DNA of 64,000 nt, from the IMG/VR virus record IMGVR_UViG_3300040801_003999, positions 1 to 64,000 of that record. One strand, 5' to 3'. The DNA comes from a virus. Made by a program: the position numbers and the translations under genes. Below the pieces are notes generated by a model. That model saw nothing but the letters and a program-made list of their open reading frames with translations, did not search any database and was not told the DNA's origin. Shown piece by piece: positions 47,249-57,776 of the stretch (positions are counted from its first letter, which is position 1; each line of letters begins with the position of its first letter).

Positions 47249-50200
47249 CTATTTAATCATAATAAAATCTTTCCACATTCGACGTGTCGAAAATCCCCAC
47301 TTTGGATCATAATCCAGTTCGGCGATATGTGGTTTATTTAAGCTTACAAAATCTTTTTCGGGGTTGATACCCCAGCACTTAATCTTTGTCACCTTGTATG
47401 TGCTATCAGTAACCTCTAGCTCGTAATACGGTTTCTTTGATGCTCTAGTGTACCTCACATTCTTATTTTTAGGGATAAACCAACAATAGTTCAAATCGGG
47501 ATCGTATTCTCCAATCGGAGGAATACATTTCTTTTCAAGCCTTTTGAGCAATTCGTCATCTATAACATATCTCAGAGGATATATTTGTGTCAAAGTCTCT
47601 AAGAAGGCTATCTTCTCTATTTTTGTAAAATCCTCAGTGCCAGAGAAATTAGAAATGTTTTCGCGCAATTCTTTTTCACTCGAAGGTCTCTCCACAATAC
47701 ACGATAAAAACATGTGTTTAGTATTTTCAAATGGACCATTTTCTACGAACTCTTGCAAGGCCCCGGATTGTATCAAACTAGAAACTACAGTTTTGTTTAC
47801 AGAGCGTCGGTCCACTTCCTCTCTAAAAAGAAAATCTGACATAGAAACAAAAGGCCTGTGTTCGATAATTTGTTCATATGCTGAATCACCCACGCCCTTA
47901 ATATCCGTCAAAGGTTGATAGAAAGCCAACCCATCTTTTGAAATTTGCCAAACATCTGAAGAGAAATTAAGTGAGGGCGTTTTGACATCATAACCAAAAG
48001 AGCGAACAATGCTGATAGCTTTGCCGCGCTTTTCATCGTCATTCTCTTCTGTTAAGAAGGCAGCAAGCCAACAAGACGGATAGTAATTCAAAAGCCAAGC
48101 GCACTGGAAGGATATAAGCGAATATGCAATGGCATGGGATTTGTTGAATCCATACCCAGAGAAATATTCGAATAGATTCCACAATTCAGCCGCCTGTCTG
48201 TTCGACATGCCCTTTTCGACACAGCCTTCGATAAATTTATCATGAATTTTATTTTTAACTTTCGCTGTTTTGCCCGTACCTTTCTTAGTCAAAACCTTCC
48301 TGAGCATGTTTCCTTCGTCTAGGGAGACATTCTTGCCCAACCTATGAGCTAATTTAGCAATTTGCTCTTGGAAAATACAAAAGCCGTAACTTTCTTCCGT
48401 TTCTTCTCGGAAGATGTCGTTCACATATTCGATTGTATCAGGATTGTTTTTCTTCTCTATATACTTGGCATCCACATTGGCGCTCAAAGGACCGGGGCGA
48501 TAAATAGAAGTAATTGTCGCGATATCTACCAAAGATCTCGGCTTAGCATCCTTGCAGAAGTTTTGAGCCCCTTTCTCTGTAAATTGAAAAATGCCGGCCC
48601 ATTTGCCTTGGTGGAAAATGTTTTCATAGACTTGCTGGTCATTTGTGTTAATCACATCGCCATGCAGGTTTTCATCATAAAATTTGCGAATGTCGGCAAA
48701 TGTCGGATTCTCAATACCCTGCTCTCGACGAAGAATGTGTGAAATACAGATCTCCATGACCCTGAGCGTCTTAAGACCAAGCAAGTCGAATTTGATGAAC
48801 CCCATCGGCTCAAGGTGCCTTACATTCTGCCCTTCAGACCAAGGAACTTGTGTCACACCTCCAGAGGAAATGAGCGGCAACTGCTTATTCAAATCGTCTG
48901 CGATAACAACGCCGCCTGCGTGTCGGGAACATGAACGAATCTGACCATAGAGATCATCCACATGCTGCTCAACTTCAGGATGGTCTTTCAGAAACTTCTG
49001 TAGGGACGTGCTGAATTCCTTAACTTCCTCAAACGTCGGCGTATACACACCAGCTTTAATCCCGTGGCGTGCTTTAGCCGGGCCGGTGGCCTCATGAATC
49101 ATGACATTAGTTACCTTGTTAACTTCATCAAATGGAATATCATAATATCTGGAGATGTCCTTGATTAAGGATCTAAGCTGCAAAGTATTCCAATTACTAA
49201 TCGGAACAACTGTATCCTTGCCCCACTTTTCAACAAGAACTTCCTTGATTCTCGTATTGTCCGAAACATCATAGTCAATATCGGGATAATCAGTCGCGTC
49301 GCTTCTCAAGAATCTCTCAAACAGGAGTCCGTTCTTGATTGGATCAACCTCGGTGATTTCCAGCAAATATGCAACCAGAGAACCGCCTGCCGAACCTCGA
49401 CCGGGACCAACAAGCATTTCTTTTTTAGCCTCTTCGTTAATGGCGCTCATAGTAAGAAAGTATTTGCTGAAACCACGGTCAGCGATTACTTTAAGTTCTC
49501 GCTCAACTCTTGCGAGATATTCAGGATATTCTGACTTTTCAAGAAACTTCTTTTCTAATCTAGTATGAACAATTTCTGACAATTCAGCATCTGCTGATGA
49601 ATTTTCCGGCACAACAAAGGCTGGAAGTCTGACGTTCGTATCGGGCAAAACGTCTTCGATATGTTCGAAAGCAATTTCGTGAGTGCGCTCGATAGATTCA
49701 AGAACAAGCGAATCATCATAATCTACACCAGCCATTTGCGAGTATTTTTTATACTCTTCCCACATCTGGTCGCCGTTCTTCGGCCACAGCTGATAGTCCA
49801 TGTCCTCAAGAGATGGAGGGATAGGCCCTTCTTTCTTTTCAATCCAACTATTTCCGATTCTTTTATAAACCTCGCGAGACTTCCAAGCTTCTGGGCTTGG
49901 GTAGTGAACATCGGCCGTTGAAATCAACGGGAAACCGTATTCTTTTGAAAGTTTAATGACGCATTGGTTGAGAAAATGTTGTTCAGGAATTTTATTCCAC
50001 TGCAACTCTCCGTAGAAATCATCCCCGAAAATATCAAGCATTTGCTCGGTAACTTCTCTCATTTTTTCGTAGACGTAGGTAGCGCCTTCCTCGCTATACT
50101 TCCAGTACTCGGTAGCCAAAATGCCGCCCAAACAACTAGTTGTGCCAATCAGACCCTCTGAATGCTCCTTGAGCATCTTAAAGTCCATTCTTGGGTAGTA

Positions 50201-50671
50201 ATAGTAGTTCGGCTTTTCAAAAGAATCCGAGACCATTTCAAAAAGATTATAAAGGCCGGTCTTGTTCTTGGCAACGAGCGTCATGTGACGTCGTTCTTTT
50301 AACTCGCTCTTGAGAGATTCTCTATCCTCATCTTCGATGACAGTTGCATTCGTCTCCGAGCCTTTGCTCTTCTTTTTGTTCTTGGAATTCTTATAAATTT
50401 CAAGCCAATTTTGCATTGAAGGTATAATATAACCCTCAACGCCGAAAATCGGCTTGAATTCTTTGCCTTCAGATTTTAATTTTTTGAGGTGTTCGACAAT
50501 GAAAGGTACTGCGTTCATATTGCCATGGTCAGTAAAAGCATGAGCTTCAAGACCATTGGATAAAGCGAAATCAATATGTTCAGAAGGATAACCGAGCCCG
50601 TCAAAAACCGAAAAAGTCGTGTGGGCGTGCAGGTTTACATATTTGATCTTAGACTTATTGTTATCACACAT
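47249..50671 (-). CDS. dnaE: DNA polymerase III alpha subunit-type replicative polymerase
   Basis: 1140 aa. N-terminal PHP motif YVNLHAHTTFSVFDG...HAFTDHGNM. GPGRGSAGGSLVAYLLEITEVDP. FDLLGLKTL. Confidence 0.9.
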   Translation of the reverse strand: MCDNNKSKIKYVNLHAHTTFSVFDGLGYPSEHIDFALSNGLEAHAFTDHGNMNAVPFIVEHLKKLKSEGKEFKPIFGVEGYIIPSMQNWLEIYKNSKNKKKSKGSETNATVIEDEDRESLKSELKERRHMTLVAKNKTGLYNLFEMVSDSFEKPNYYYYPRMDFKMLKEHSEGLIGTTSCLGGILATEYWKYSEEGATYVYEKMREVTEQMLDIFGDDFYGELQWNKIPEQHFLNQCVIKLSKEYGFPLISTADVHYPSPEAWKSREVYKRIGNSWIEKKEGPIPPSLEDMDYQLWPKNGDQMWEEYKKYSQMAGVDYDDSLVLESIERTHEIAFEHIEDVLPDTNVRLPAFVVPENSSADAELSEIVHTRLEKKFLEKSEYPEYLARVERELKVIADRGFSKYFLTMSAINEEAKKEMLVGPGRGSAGGSLVAYLLEITEVDPIKNGLLFERFLRSDATDYPDIDYDVSDNTRIKEVLVEKWGKDTVVPISNWNTLQLRSLIKDISRYYDIPFDEVNKVTNVMIHEATGPAKARHGIKAGVYTPTFEEVKEFSTSLQKFLKDHPEVEQHVDDLYGQIRSCSRHAGGVVIADDLNKQLPLISSGGVTQVPWSEGQNVRHLEPMGFIKFDLLGLKTLRVMEICISHILRREQGIENPTFADIRKFYDENLHGDVINTNDQQVYENIFHQGKWAGIFQFTEKGAQNFCKDAKPRSLVDIATITSIYRPGPLSANVDAKYIEKKNNPDTIEYVNDIFREETEESYGFCIFQEQIAKLAHRLGKNVSLDEGNMLRKVLTKKGTGKTAKVKNKIHDKFIEGCVEKGMSNRQAAELWNLFEYFSGYGFNKSHAIAYSLISFQCAWLLNYYPSCWLAAFLTEENDDEKRGKAISIVRSFGYDVKTPSLNFSSDVWQISKDGLAFYQPLTDIKGVGDSAYEQIIEHRPFVSMSDFLFREEVDRRSVNKTVVSSLIQSGALQEFVENGPFENTKHMFLSCIVERPSSEKELRENISNFSGTEDFTKIEKIAFLETLTQIYPLRYVIDDELLKRLEKKCIPPIGEYDPDLNYCWFIPKNKNVRYTRASKKPYYELEVTDSTYKVTKIKCWGINPEKDFVSLNKPHIAELDYDPKWGFSTRRMWKDFIMIK

Positions 50672-50682
50672 ATATCCTCATC

Positions 50683-51429
50683 TTATAAACTTAAAATTTT
50701 CCTTGCGATTTCTTTATCAGCATTGTTGCCGCTGCGTAGCTTTGAAGCTGCGGCTTTGGCTGCGTCGATATTGTTTTGTTCGAGCGCGTCGCCGATAGTG
50801 TTGTAAATCTTGACCATTCCTCTCTGAGATGGATTTCGAGCATACTTAGCAGACATTTTATCAACATCGCCCAAAAGGCCTTTCAATTTAGGATCTGTTT
50901 CATAATCTGTTTTAAGACCCTTTCGGTCTGCGCCGGGTTCGAGAGGCTCTAAACCAGTATCTCCCGAGGGAGGACTGAATTGTTTAACAAGATCGACTAA
51001 GTTCTTTACTTGAGCTTTAAGTTGAGGGTCTTGTTCGTATTTATCAATTACTTTTGATAAATCATTCATCATGTCCTGATAAGATTCTTTTAAAAACTTT
51101 TCGTCCGGCACTCCCGCGATTTTATCATCTAAATCGCGGAAATAGGCGATAATTGGATAAACAATATTGATAAAATCGGGACTAATCTTGGCCAACATCA
51201 CGAGTTTGCGGCGTGCGGACGAGTAGTCTGTATTCTGAAAATCCTGTTCGATTTTGTCAAGAAACGGAACATATTCGGCCAATTCTTTTCTAGACTTCAT
51301 GTACGGCTTAACCTTCTTCTCGAAATAAGTCATAATATCATCCATATCACGAAGACCATACTCTTCTTCGAGAAGTTCTCGGTGAGATTCGAGAATAATT
51401 TTATAAAGTTCTTCTTTTGTGACTTTCAT
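50683..51429 (-). CDS. hypothetical protein
   Basis: 248-aa co-oriented ORF. Confidence 0.65.
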   Translation of the reverse strand: MKVTKEELYKIILESHRELLEEEYGLRDMDDIMTYFEKKVKPYMKSRKELAEYVPFLDKIEQDFQNTDYSSARRKLVMLAKISPDFINIVYPIIAYFRDLDDKIAGVPDEKFLKESYQDMMNDLSKVIDKYEQDPQLKAQVKNLVDLVKQFSPPSGDTGLEPLEPGADRKGLKTDYETDPKLKGLLGDVDKMSAKYARNPSQRGMVKIYNTIGDALEQNNIDAAKAAASKLRSGNNADKEIARKILSL

Positions 51430-52374
51430 TTAGTATTCCTCTTCAAAAGACATGGGGTTCCACTCTTTGTATTTAAGTTTAATATCATCAGGTCTTCTTA
51501 AATAGTTATCTGATGACATAAAATCCACATATCCTCTGAAGGAAGTTACGTCATAATACCATTTAAGATCAACAAAGTCAATATTTTTTTTATCTATCTC
51601 AGCAAAAACTTCGCCGGGTCCAAACCACCTAGCGGTGTATTGCTCCGAGGCAGGCAGTCTCGGAGGCATGTCGGGCATATTGTCAGGTGTTTGGATCCAT
51701 TTCTCTTTAGGAGCAGAAGTATCTCTTAACCCAGTCTGTTTGAGCCACACATCTTCTCTACAAAGACTTATATCTTTAGGGTCCATTACAAATGGCATAT
51801 ATTCACCGTCAAACACCGACCTGCCTTTATATCGAAACACCGGCTTTTTTCTATACGAGGATATATTTGTCCGCTGGGGCCTTATATCTCTCATAGGATC
51901 CAAAAGACCATAGGGAAAGGTTATGTAGTACCTATCCGGAGCTACATAGCTGGAGAGTGCATTGCAAATGGTTGCTGCAACATCGGCGACATGAAATACG
52001 CCGTATGATAAACTATCGCGCCGGTCCTCGTCAAATTCTTTCGTTGGGACATAATAGATAGGGATCCATTTCTCTTTAGTGTGTGGTCGATCAGTGTTTT
52101 TTGTTGTCACAGGATCAATGATATATTCTCCTATCCTGTGACGTATGAGTGGTGTAACATCTTCGTCGACAGCAAGCCAAATGGTCTCGCATCCTGCCAT
52201 CGCGGCCTCGTATATCGCGGCCTCTATTAAAGTATAATTCGCCTCAATCGGCATGAGCGACGAATGCCAATCCATACCAAAGTCTGTAGGATCTTGACCA
52301 CTGAGTGGTATAATGCCTGCTAAGTGAAACGAATTAAGGTTCTCGATGGGTGGGTGCGGCGGAATATCTGTCAT
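51430..52374 (-). CDS. hypothetical protein
   Basis: 314-aa co-oriented ORF. N-terminal HLAGIIPLSGQ weakly recalls nucleotidyltransferase G-loops, but not enough to call. Confidence 0.65.
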   Translation of the reverse strand: MTDIPPHPPIENLNSFHLAGIIPLSGQDPTDFGMDWHSSLMPIEANYTLIEAAIYEAAMAGCETIWLAVDEDVTPLIRHRIGEYIIDPVTTKNTDRPHTKEKWIPIYYVPTKEFDEDRRDSLSYGVFHVADVAATICNALSSYVAPDRYYITFPYGLLDPMRDIRPQRTNISSYRKKPVFRYKGRSVFDGEYMPFVMDPKDISLCREDVWLKQTGLRDTSAPKEKWIQTPDNMPDMPPRLPASEQYTARWFGPGEVFAEIDKKNIDFVDLKWYYDVTSFRGYVDFMSSDNYLRRPDDIKLKYKEWNPMSFEEEY

Positions 52375-53228
52375 AGGGATTCTATTATTTTCTTATTATA
52401 TCCAGATAGGTTTTCGATGTTTTCGAGATAGATATCGTAATAATCTTCTCTATAAAATTTTTCACTATTTGAGAGTATTGGGGTGCCCGATATCCTCTTA
52501 ATCAACTGTCGCTCTTTCGGCTCTACAATTATCGGCTGAATATACGTATCGGAATAAACGTACCCTTGTATACCCATGACTGACGACATGTGCTCCTCGA
52601 TATCGAGCTTGTGAGTAAATGTCATATTGTGTTCAAGAACCTCTTCCCCAGATTTGACAACTTTTTGTAACAAGACATCCTTAAATCGTGGGTCCCGAGT
52701 GCCGTCATGAGTATGAAAATAAAGATTCGAATCGCCAATCGTTCCGAAGCGGTAGTCGTGGCTTTTTCCAGATTTGACACTAAACCAATCCAATATAATT
52801 GTATTATTCTCTTGGTCATTTATTGGCACTCCTAAAACATTTTCTAACTGAAATAAATGTAGTTCATCATAATGATATGTTAGCACACCATTTTCAGTAT
52901 AAACTTCACACTTTTTATCATCCGAAAAAATCTCTAAAAATTGAATCGCCCCGTTTTGGGAAATCACCAATCCAGAAAGGCTGTGTATATATACGATATG
53001 ATCAAACAATTTTGAGGATTCATTGCCGACAACCGAGAAAGAGTTATCTTCAAGCAACCACTCTTCCGTGTGATTTGGAAATTTCAAAGCATCAAAATTT
53101 TCTTGCGGGCGAAGCGTTTCATATGGTAGCGGCTCGCGGCCCTCAAGCAAAATAAGATGATAACCATTAAGAAAAGCAAACATCGCTGCGCTCAATGAAG
53201 AGCCTATTACCAAATTTTCGAATATCAA
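52371..53228 (-). CDS. hypothetical protein
   Basis: 285-aa co-oriented ORF. Confidence 0.65.
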   Translation of the reverse strand: MIFENLVIGSSLSAAMFAFLNGYHLILLEGREPLPYETLRPQENFDALKFPNHTEEWLLEDNSFSVVGNESSKLFDHIVYIHSLSGLVISQNGAIQFLEIFSDDKKCEVYTENGVLTYHYDELHLFQLENVLGVPINDQENNTIILDWFSVKSGKSHDYRFGTIGDSNLYFHTHDGTRDPRFKDVLLQKVVKSGEEVLEHNMTFTHKLDIEEHMSSVMGIQGYVYSDTYIQPIIVEPKERQLIKRISGTPILSNSEKFYREDYYDIYLENIENLSGYNKKIIESL

Positions 53229-53242
53229 AAAAACTCCAAACC

Positions 53243-54466
53243 CTAGAAATCAAAGTCGATAACAAATTTTATTCCGTTAAATTCAGAATAGTAATTTCCT
53301 AGCTGCTGAATTTCAGGGCCGTACAAAATTGTGTCGGATTGATGCAGAACCTCGCCTTTTTTGTGGTCAATCCAATTCCAAACCATCCTGTCTTCTTGCC
53401 GAACGCCCAGAATGACTGAGTCTTGTTTGTATCTATACAGATATTCTGTTATCTTTTCAGGCGAAATATTCCAAATAATAACAGAGTTTTCAGGATTGTC
53501 TCCATAATGCCCTTTAATTTTCAAAAAAGACAACCCTTCCTCGTCCAATTGGCGATAAAAATCGCTCATAATTTGTTCGTTTTCTTCAGCAGAAAGGCCG
53601 ACAGCCATTGGGTTTTCTGCTGACATAATACCAACAGTGCGGATCGAAGAATCGGCCCCTTCAAGTTTATTGAAAACTCTTTGATTAAGAGGAGACATAT
53701 TGCCAAATTTCAAGTCGTCTTGTTCGTTTAGAGATTCTCCTTTCCATCGACGGTAAATCTCGACGCCTTTTTCGCCAAGCTTAGAAAGCATATCTTCTTC
53801 GCTACTAAAGTTTTGTTCATATGTTCCAGAACCAACAGTGAGACTCTTAGCATTACTTTGGAAGGATATGATCCCTAGATTTTTCATATCGACGCCGCGT
53901 ATAAAAGCAGATTTTTGCGGATCGGGGAATGCTCCGGTGATAACCTCAAAACTTATCTGACAGATAACCTCTGTGAACAAAGCGGGTAAGGCGTCGGTCG
54001 GGGCTAATTTCGCATGAGTATTATACGTCTGGAATTCTCCTTTGAGGTTGAAATTATAGGATTGTTTAAACTTCTTGCCTCTCAAATTGTGAGTATAGTA
54101 GTCATGCACAGCACGAAAAATCCAGTTCTCTTCTTCCGTAAAGTACGGATTGTTATCCGAATATCTTGTGTCTACATGCAAAACACCGCTGTCTTTGATG
54201 CGGGCGACCATATCATTGGCATCGCCGTAACCAATATCATCATATCTATCAGTAAAATTAACATCAATTTTCGACATCATCCTCTTAAATAGAATTTCGT
54301 TACTCTTCTTAAGAGCATTGTAGCTCGCACTCATATCCTCTTCGGGCGCGGACACATATGCCGTATAGATAAGGTACGCATATTCTTTTATTTTTTCATT
54401 CGATCCGAAAACTAACTTTTCATTAAGATGATCGCGAAAATTTTCGACGATGGCGTCGATATTCAT
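53243..54466 (-). CDS. hypothetical protein
   Basis: 407-aa co-oriented ORF. Confidence 0.65.
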   Translation of the reverse strand: MNIDAIVENFRDHLNEKLVFGSNEKIKEYAYLIYTAYVSAPEEDMSASYNALKKSNEILFKRMMSKIDVNFTDRYDDIGYGDANDMVARIKDSGVLHVDTRYSDNNPYFTEEENWIFRAVHDYYTHNLRGKKFKQSYNFNLKGEFQTYNTHAKLAPTDALPALFTEVICQISFEVITGAFPDPQKSAFIRGVDMKNLGIISFQSNAKSLTVGSGTYEQNFSSEEDMLSKLGEKGVEIYRRWKGESLNEQDDLKFGNMSPLNQRVFNKLEGADSSIRTVGIMSAENPMAVGLSAEENEQIMSDFYRQLDEEGLSFLKIKGHYGDNPENSVIIWNISPEKITEYLYRYKQDSVILGVRQEDRMVWNWIDHKKGEVLHQSDTILYGPEIQQLGNYYSEFNGIKFVIDFDF

Positions 54467-54468
54467 GT

Positions 54469-54792
54469 CTAATCCTCAGTTTGATACAATTCAAGCACTA
54501 ATTGGTTCTCAGTAATTACCATGACTTCACGATTATCAGGCAAAGTAATTTTCTTTGTAAGGTGGGTATCTCCAACAACAACCAAATCGCCTGATTTTAA
54601 AGAGACGTGCTCTACTTTCGGACCAATCTTAATGATGCGGACGACCTCGTGATGGTTGTAATCAATCTCATCCAATTCTTCAAATCCAGAAAAATCAAAA
54701 CCTTCACTAGACTCTTCTTTTGGATCATCGTCCTGTAACTCTTCAACTATTATGTATCGATGCAAAGGCATCGGGCAAAATTTAATATCCAT
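54469..54792 (-). CDS. GroES-like co-chaperonin (tentative)
   Basis: MDIKFCPMPLHRYIIVEEL...VVRIIKIGPKVEHVSLKSGDLVVVGD...VMVITENQLVLELY follows the Cpn10 pattern (P..DR.lV ... G.V.avG ... GD.V.f ... e.dil). An acidic insert sits where the mobile loop is. Confidence 0.45.
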   Translation of the reverse strand: MDIKFCPMPLHRYIIVEELQDDDPKEESSEGFDFSGFEELDEIDYNHHEVVRIIKIGPKVEHVSLKSGDLVVVGDTHLTKKITLPDNREVMVITENQLVLELYQTED

Positions 54793-54879
54793 CTTGCTTC
54801 TCTCTTTTGTGTAAAAACCAAAACAGCAAATAGCACGACACCATCCAAGCATACCATGACTCGAATGGTGTCGCATCAA

Positions 54880-55125
54880 TCATTTAGGGCCGAAAGTCTC
54901 CTCGACAATATCTTCCAGAACCGTCATGAGGTCAAAATCCGCCTCTTTTTCATAAAGACGCAAGGCTTTCACTGCCATTTGCATCTCCTGCGTTGTAAGC
55001 CACCCATTATCTTTGAAGCTTTTGCGAAGATCCTTCCTCTGTTCTTTAAAGGGCTCCATTTGTTGTTCAAGCGCTGCGAATCCTTTCAGAAAATTCTTAA
55101 AATGTTCCTTTTTTTCATCATTCAT
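54880..55125 (-). CDS. hypothetical protein
   Basis: 81-aa co-oriented ORF. Confidence 0.55.
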   Translation of the reverse strand: MNDEKKEHFKNFLKGFAALEQQMEPFKEQRKDLRKSFKDNGWLTTQEMQMAVKALRLYEKEADFDLMTVLEDIVEETFGPK

Positions 55126-55375
55126 CTATTCCTCCTACTGTGTTGTGAATTAACGGATACTCAGTCTCTAGTCTCAATAATTCTTTTTGCCAAAGTTCGG
55201 CTTCATTAAACATATGAATGCTTTCATAATATTGTATGTTCCGCCGAGCATTTTCTGATTTATACGATGAAGAATCAGGAAGTTCTTCATGGAATTCCCA
55301 CCTGAATTCCTTATTATCCCCTTCGCGACAATCAGAAACATTCCAGTACTCTTTAATCTCTTTTAAAAGCGACAT
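55118..55375 (-). CDS. hypothetical protein
   Basis: 85-aa co-oriented ORF. Confidence 0.55.
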   Translation of the reverse strand: MSLLKEIKEYWNVSDCREGDNKEFRWEFHEELPDSSSYKSENARRNIQYYESIHMFNEAELWQKELLRLETEYPLIHNTVGGIDE

Positions 55376-55378
55376 ATC

Positions 55379-57772
55379 TCATCCACATTTAGCCCATCCA
55401 CATTGAACACACGTCGCACAACCTTCTTGGTAGACGAAATTGCAATTTTCTTGCGTTTCGCAGTTTCGATTTACAATCGAAGCTTTTTGACCATCTTCGA
55501 TATAAGTTTTCAAAACTCTTGCAACCACTTTTGAAAAACTTGCAAATGATTCGTTCTTATCCTTTTGAATTTGTTCGACAATATAATTAGGGCGCGTGCC
55601 ATGCCGAAGCGCAAGAGAAAGCATTCTGGTCATTGTACCATTATCAGGATTATCGAATGCTTTAATGATGTCGTTGATTTTAACAACGCCAGCATCTAAC
55701 GAATATCGGTTTGGCACTGTCGTGAATTTCTTCTTGGTCAGTATACCAGAATCTATAGATTTGTCAAGCTCTATTTTCTCGGCGCGACCACCAAATACTT
55801 CATACGGCTTACCATCAACGAGACCGACAATAATAACCCACTTCTCTCCTTTTACATGAACATGATGAATATCGCAAGGAATTTCTTCTGGGCGCTTTGC
55901 AGCATCTCTATGAGTAAAGCCAGAATCGCTTGCGTCATCGGACACGAGAACTCCATCGCGCGAACCTTCTCGATATACGGTCAAGCCTTTCAGGCCTTGT
56001 CTCCAACCTTCAAAATAGATTCTCCCTACTTCATCAGCCTGAACATCCCTCGGTAAGTTTATAGTGCTGGAGATGGAATGGTCAATATGAGCCTGCATTG
56101 CAGATTGAATCGCAACTCTTTTAATCCAATCAATGTCATCGGACTCTATAAACCATTCAGGAATCTCTTCGGTCTCAAGTACAGACATCGCGTCTTTCAC
56201 TGATTTGTGATAGACTCGGTATTCCTTCCATTTATCGCCCAGCTTGTCAATGAAATCTGGTTCTACATTTTCATTGTGATTAATCTTTTTTCTTCTTGTG
56301 TAAAAGAGTCTGAAGATCGGCTCGACGCCTGAACTTACCTGTGATTCAATCGACACTGAACCTGTCGGCGCGCACGTGAGCAGGGAAATATTTCTGCGGC
56401 CATATACCTTCATCTCTTCGATGAGCCACTCAGGGAATGAATCGAAGAATTCACAATCTTTCTCTAATTCCCAATTGAAATCAGGAAATGCTCCGCGCTC
56501 TTTCGCGAGGTTAACGCTTTCAGAATAGGCCGCAATCTTGAATTCTTCATAGATTCTACTTACCATTTCAACAGCCTCATCGGAATCATATCGCAAGCGA
56601 AGGGCTGCAAGACAATCGCCGAGGCCGTGCGTGCCTAAGCCAGTTCGTCGACCTCGTTCAGCGGCTTCGAGAAGCTTTCCGAAAAGATCTCGCTCGGCAT
56701 CAGTATCACATTCTTCCATGATTTGAGTGAGTTTTTCAATTTCCAAATCAACAAGATCGTCAGCCATACGCTGAGCAAGACGAACAGTCTCTCTGAACTC
56801 TTCAAAATCGAAATAACACTCTTCTTTAAATTTATCTTTGACATGTTCATATAAATTAACCGAGATAAGGCGGCAAGAATCTCCGGCGCTGAGCGGGATT
56901 TCTCCGCATGGATTGGTCGTAATTGTCTTAAAAAACGGATAACAGTGTGCTGGTAGGGCTTTAGTGATATTGTCCCACATCATCAGTCCCGGCTCGGCAG
57001 AATCTCGGGCTGTTTTTACAACAAGGTCCCACAATTCTTTTGCGTTAACTTCCTTTGTGTATGTTGGTTCTTCAGAATCAACCGGGAATCGAAGTTGGAA
57101 TGTCTCACCCTTGTTGACAGCTTCCATAAATTCATCTGTAATCTTTATCGAAACATTCGCGCCCGTCACCTTTGTCTTGTCCATCTTCATCGTCGCGAAC
57201 TTTTCGATGTCCGGATGTCTTACATCCATGGTAATCATGAGCGCGCCGCGACGACCAGACTGACCGACCATTCGTGTGACGTATGAAAAGAAGTCGGCGA
57301 ATGTCCAAGCGCCCGACGAAGTTCGAGCAGCGTTATTGACCGGCGCACCTTCTGGTCGGAGTGTTGAGATATCAATGCCCACACCGCAGCGACGCTTCAT
57401 GAGATTGGCGAGACTCTTACCCTGCTCCAGAATCGAGGTCATTGTGTCGTTCGGCGCGTCCACCACAACACAATTCGATAAACTAACCAACTTATAATCA
57501 TTTCCGATACCATACATCGGCGAGCCTTGCGGCACAATTTTACTAAAATTCTTTATCTTGTTATATATTTTTCCCGAATCGACGGGGTTGGGATATTTTG
57601 CTTCAATTCGAGCGAACTCGGGCGCAAGCCGAAGGCGATGCATGTCGTCGGGTGTGGCTTCCAAATATTCACCCTCACTATTTCGGAGGGCGTATTTGAA
57701 AAAAACATCAGCGGCCAATTCGTCGCCGCCGAAATATTCTAATGTCATCTCTCTCACTTCTGATTCTTTCAT
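55379..57772 (-). CDS. nrdJ: ribonucleotide reductase, class II (B12-dependent) type
   Basis: 797 aa. TNPCGEIPL active-site loop. C-terminal Cys cluster CATCVQCGWAKCG. No separate beta-subunit gene nearby. Confidence 0.8.
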   Translation of the reverse strand: MKESEVREMTLEYFGGDELAADVFFKYALRNSEGEYLEATPDDMHRLRLAPEFARIEAKYPNPVDSGKIYNKIKNFSKIVPQGSPMYGIGNDYKLVSLSNCVVVDAPNDTMTSILEQGKSLANLMKRRCGVGIDISTLRPEGAPVNNAARTSSGAWTFADFFSYVTRMVGQSGRRGALMITMDVRHPDIEKFATMKMDKTKVTGANVSIKITDEFMEAVNKGETFQLRFPVDSEEPTYTKEVNAKELWDLVVKTARDSAEPGLMMWDNITKALPAHCYPFFKTITTNPCGEIPLSAGDSCRLISVNLYEHVKDKFKEECYFDFEEFRETVRLAQRMADDLVDLEIEKLTQIMEECDTDAERDLFGKLLEAAERGRRTGLGTHGLGDCLAALRLRYDSDEAVEMVSRIYEEFKIAAYSESVNLAKERGAFPDFNWELEKDCEFFDSFPEWLIEEMKVYGRRNISLLTCAPTGSVSIESQVSSGVEPIFRLFYTRRKKINHNENVEPDFIDKLGDKWKEYRVYHKSVKDAMSVLETEEIPEWFIESDDIDWIKRVAIQSAMQAHIDHSISSTINLPRDVQADEVGRIYFEGWRQGLKGLTVYREGSRDGVLVSDDASDSGFTHRDAAKRPEEIPCDIHHVHVKGEKWVIIVGLVDGKPYEVFGGRAEKIELDKSIDSGILTKKKFTTVPNRYSLDAGVVKINDIIKAFDNPDNGTMTRMLSLALRHGTRPNYIVEQIQKDKNESFASFSKVVARVLKTYIEDGQKASIVNRNCETQENCNFVYQEGCATCVQCGWAKCG

Positions 57773-57776
57773 CTAA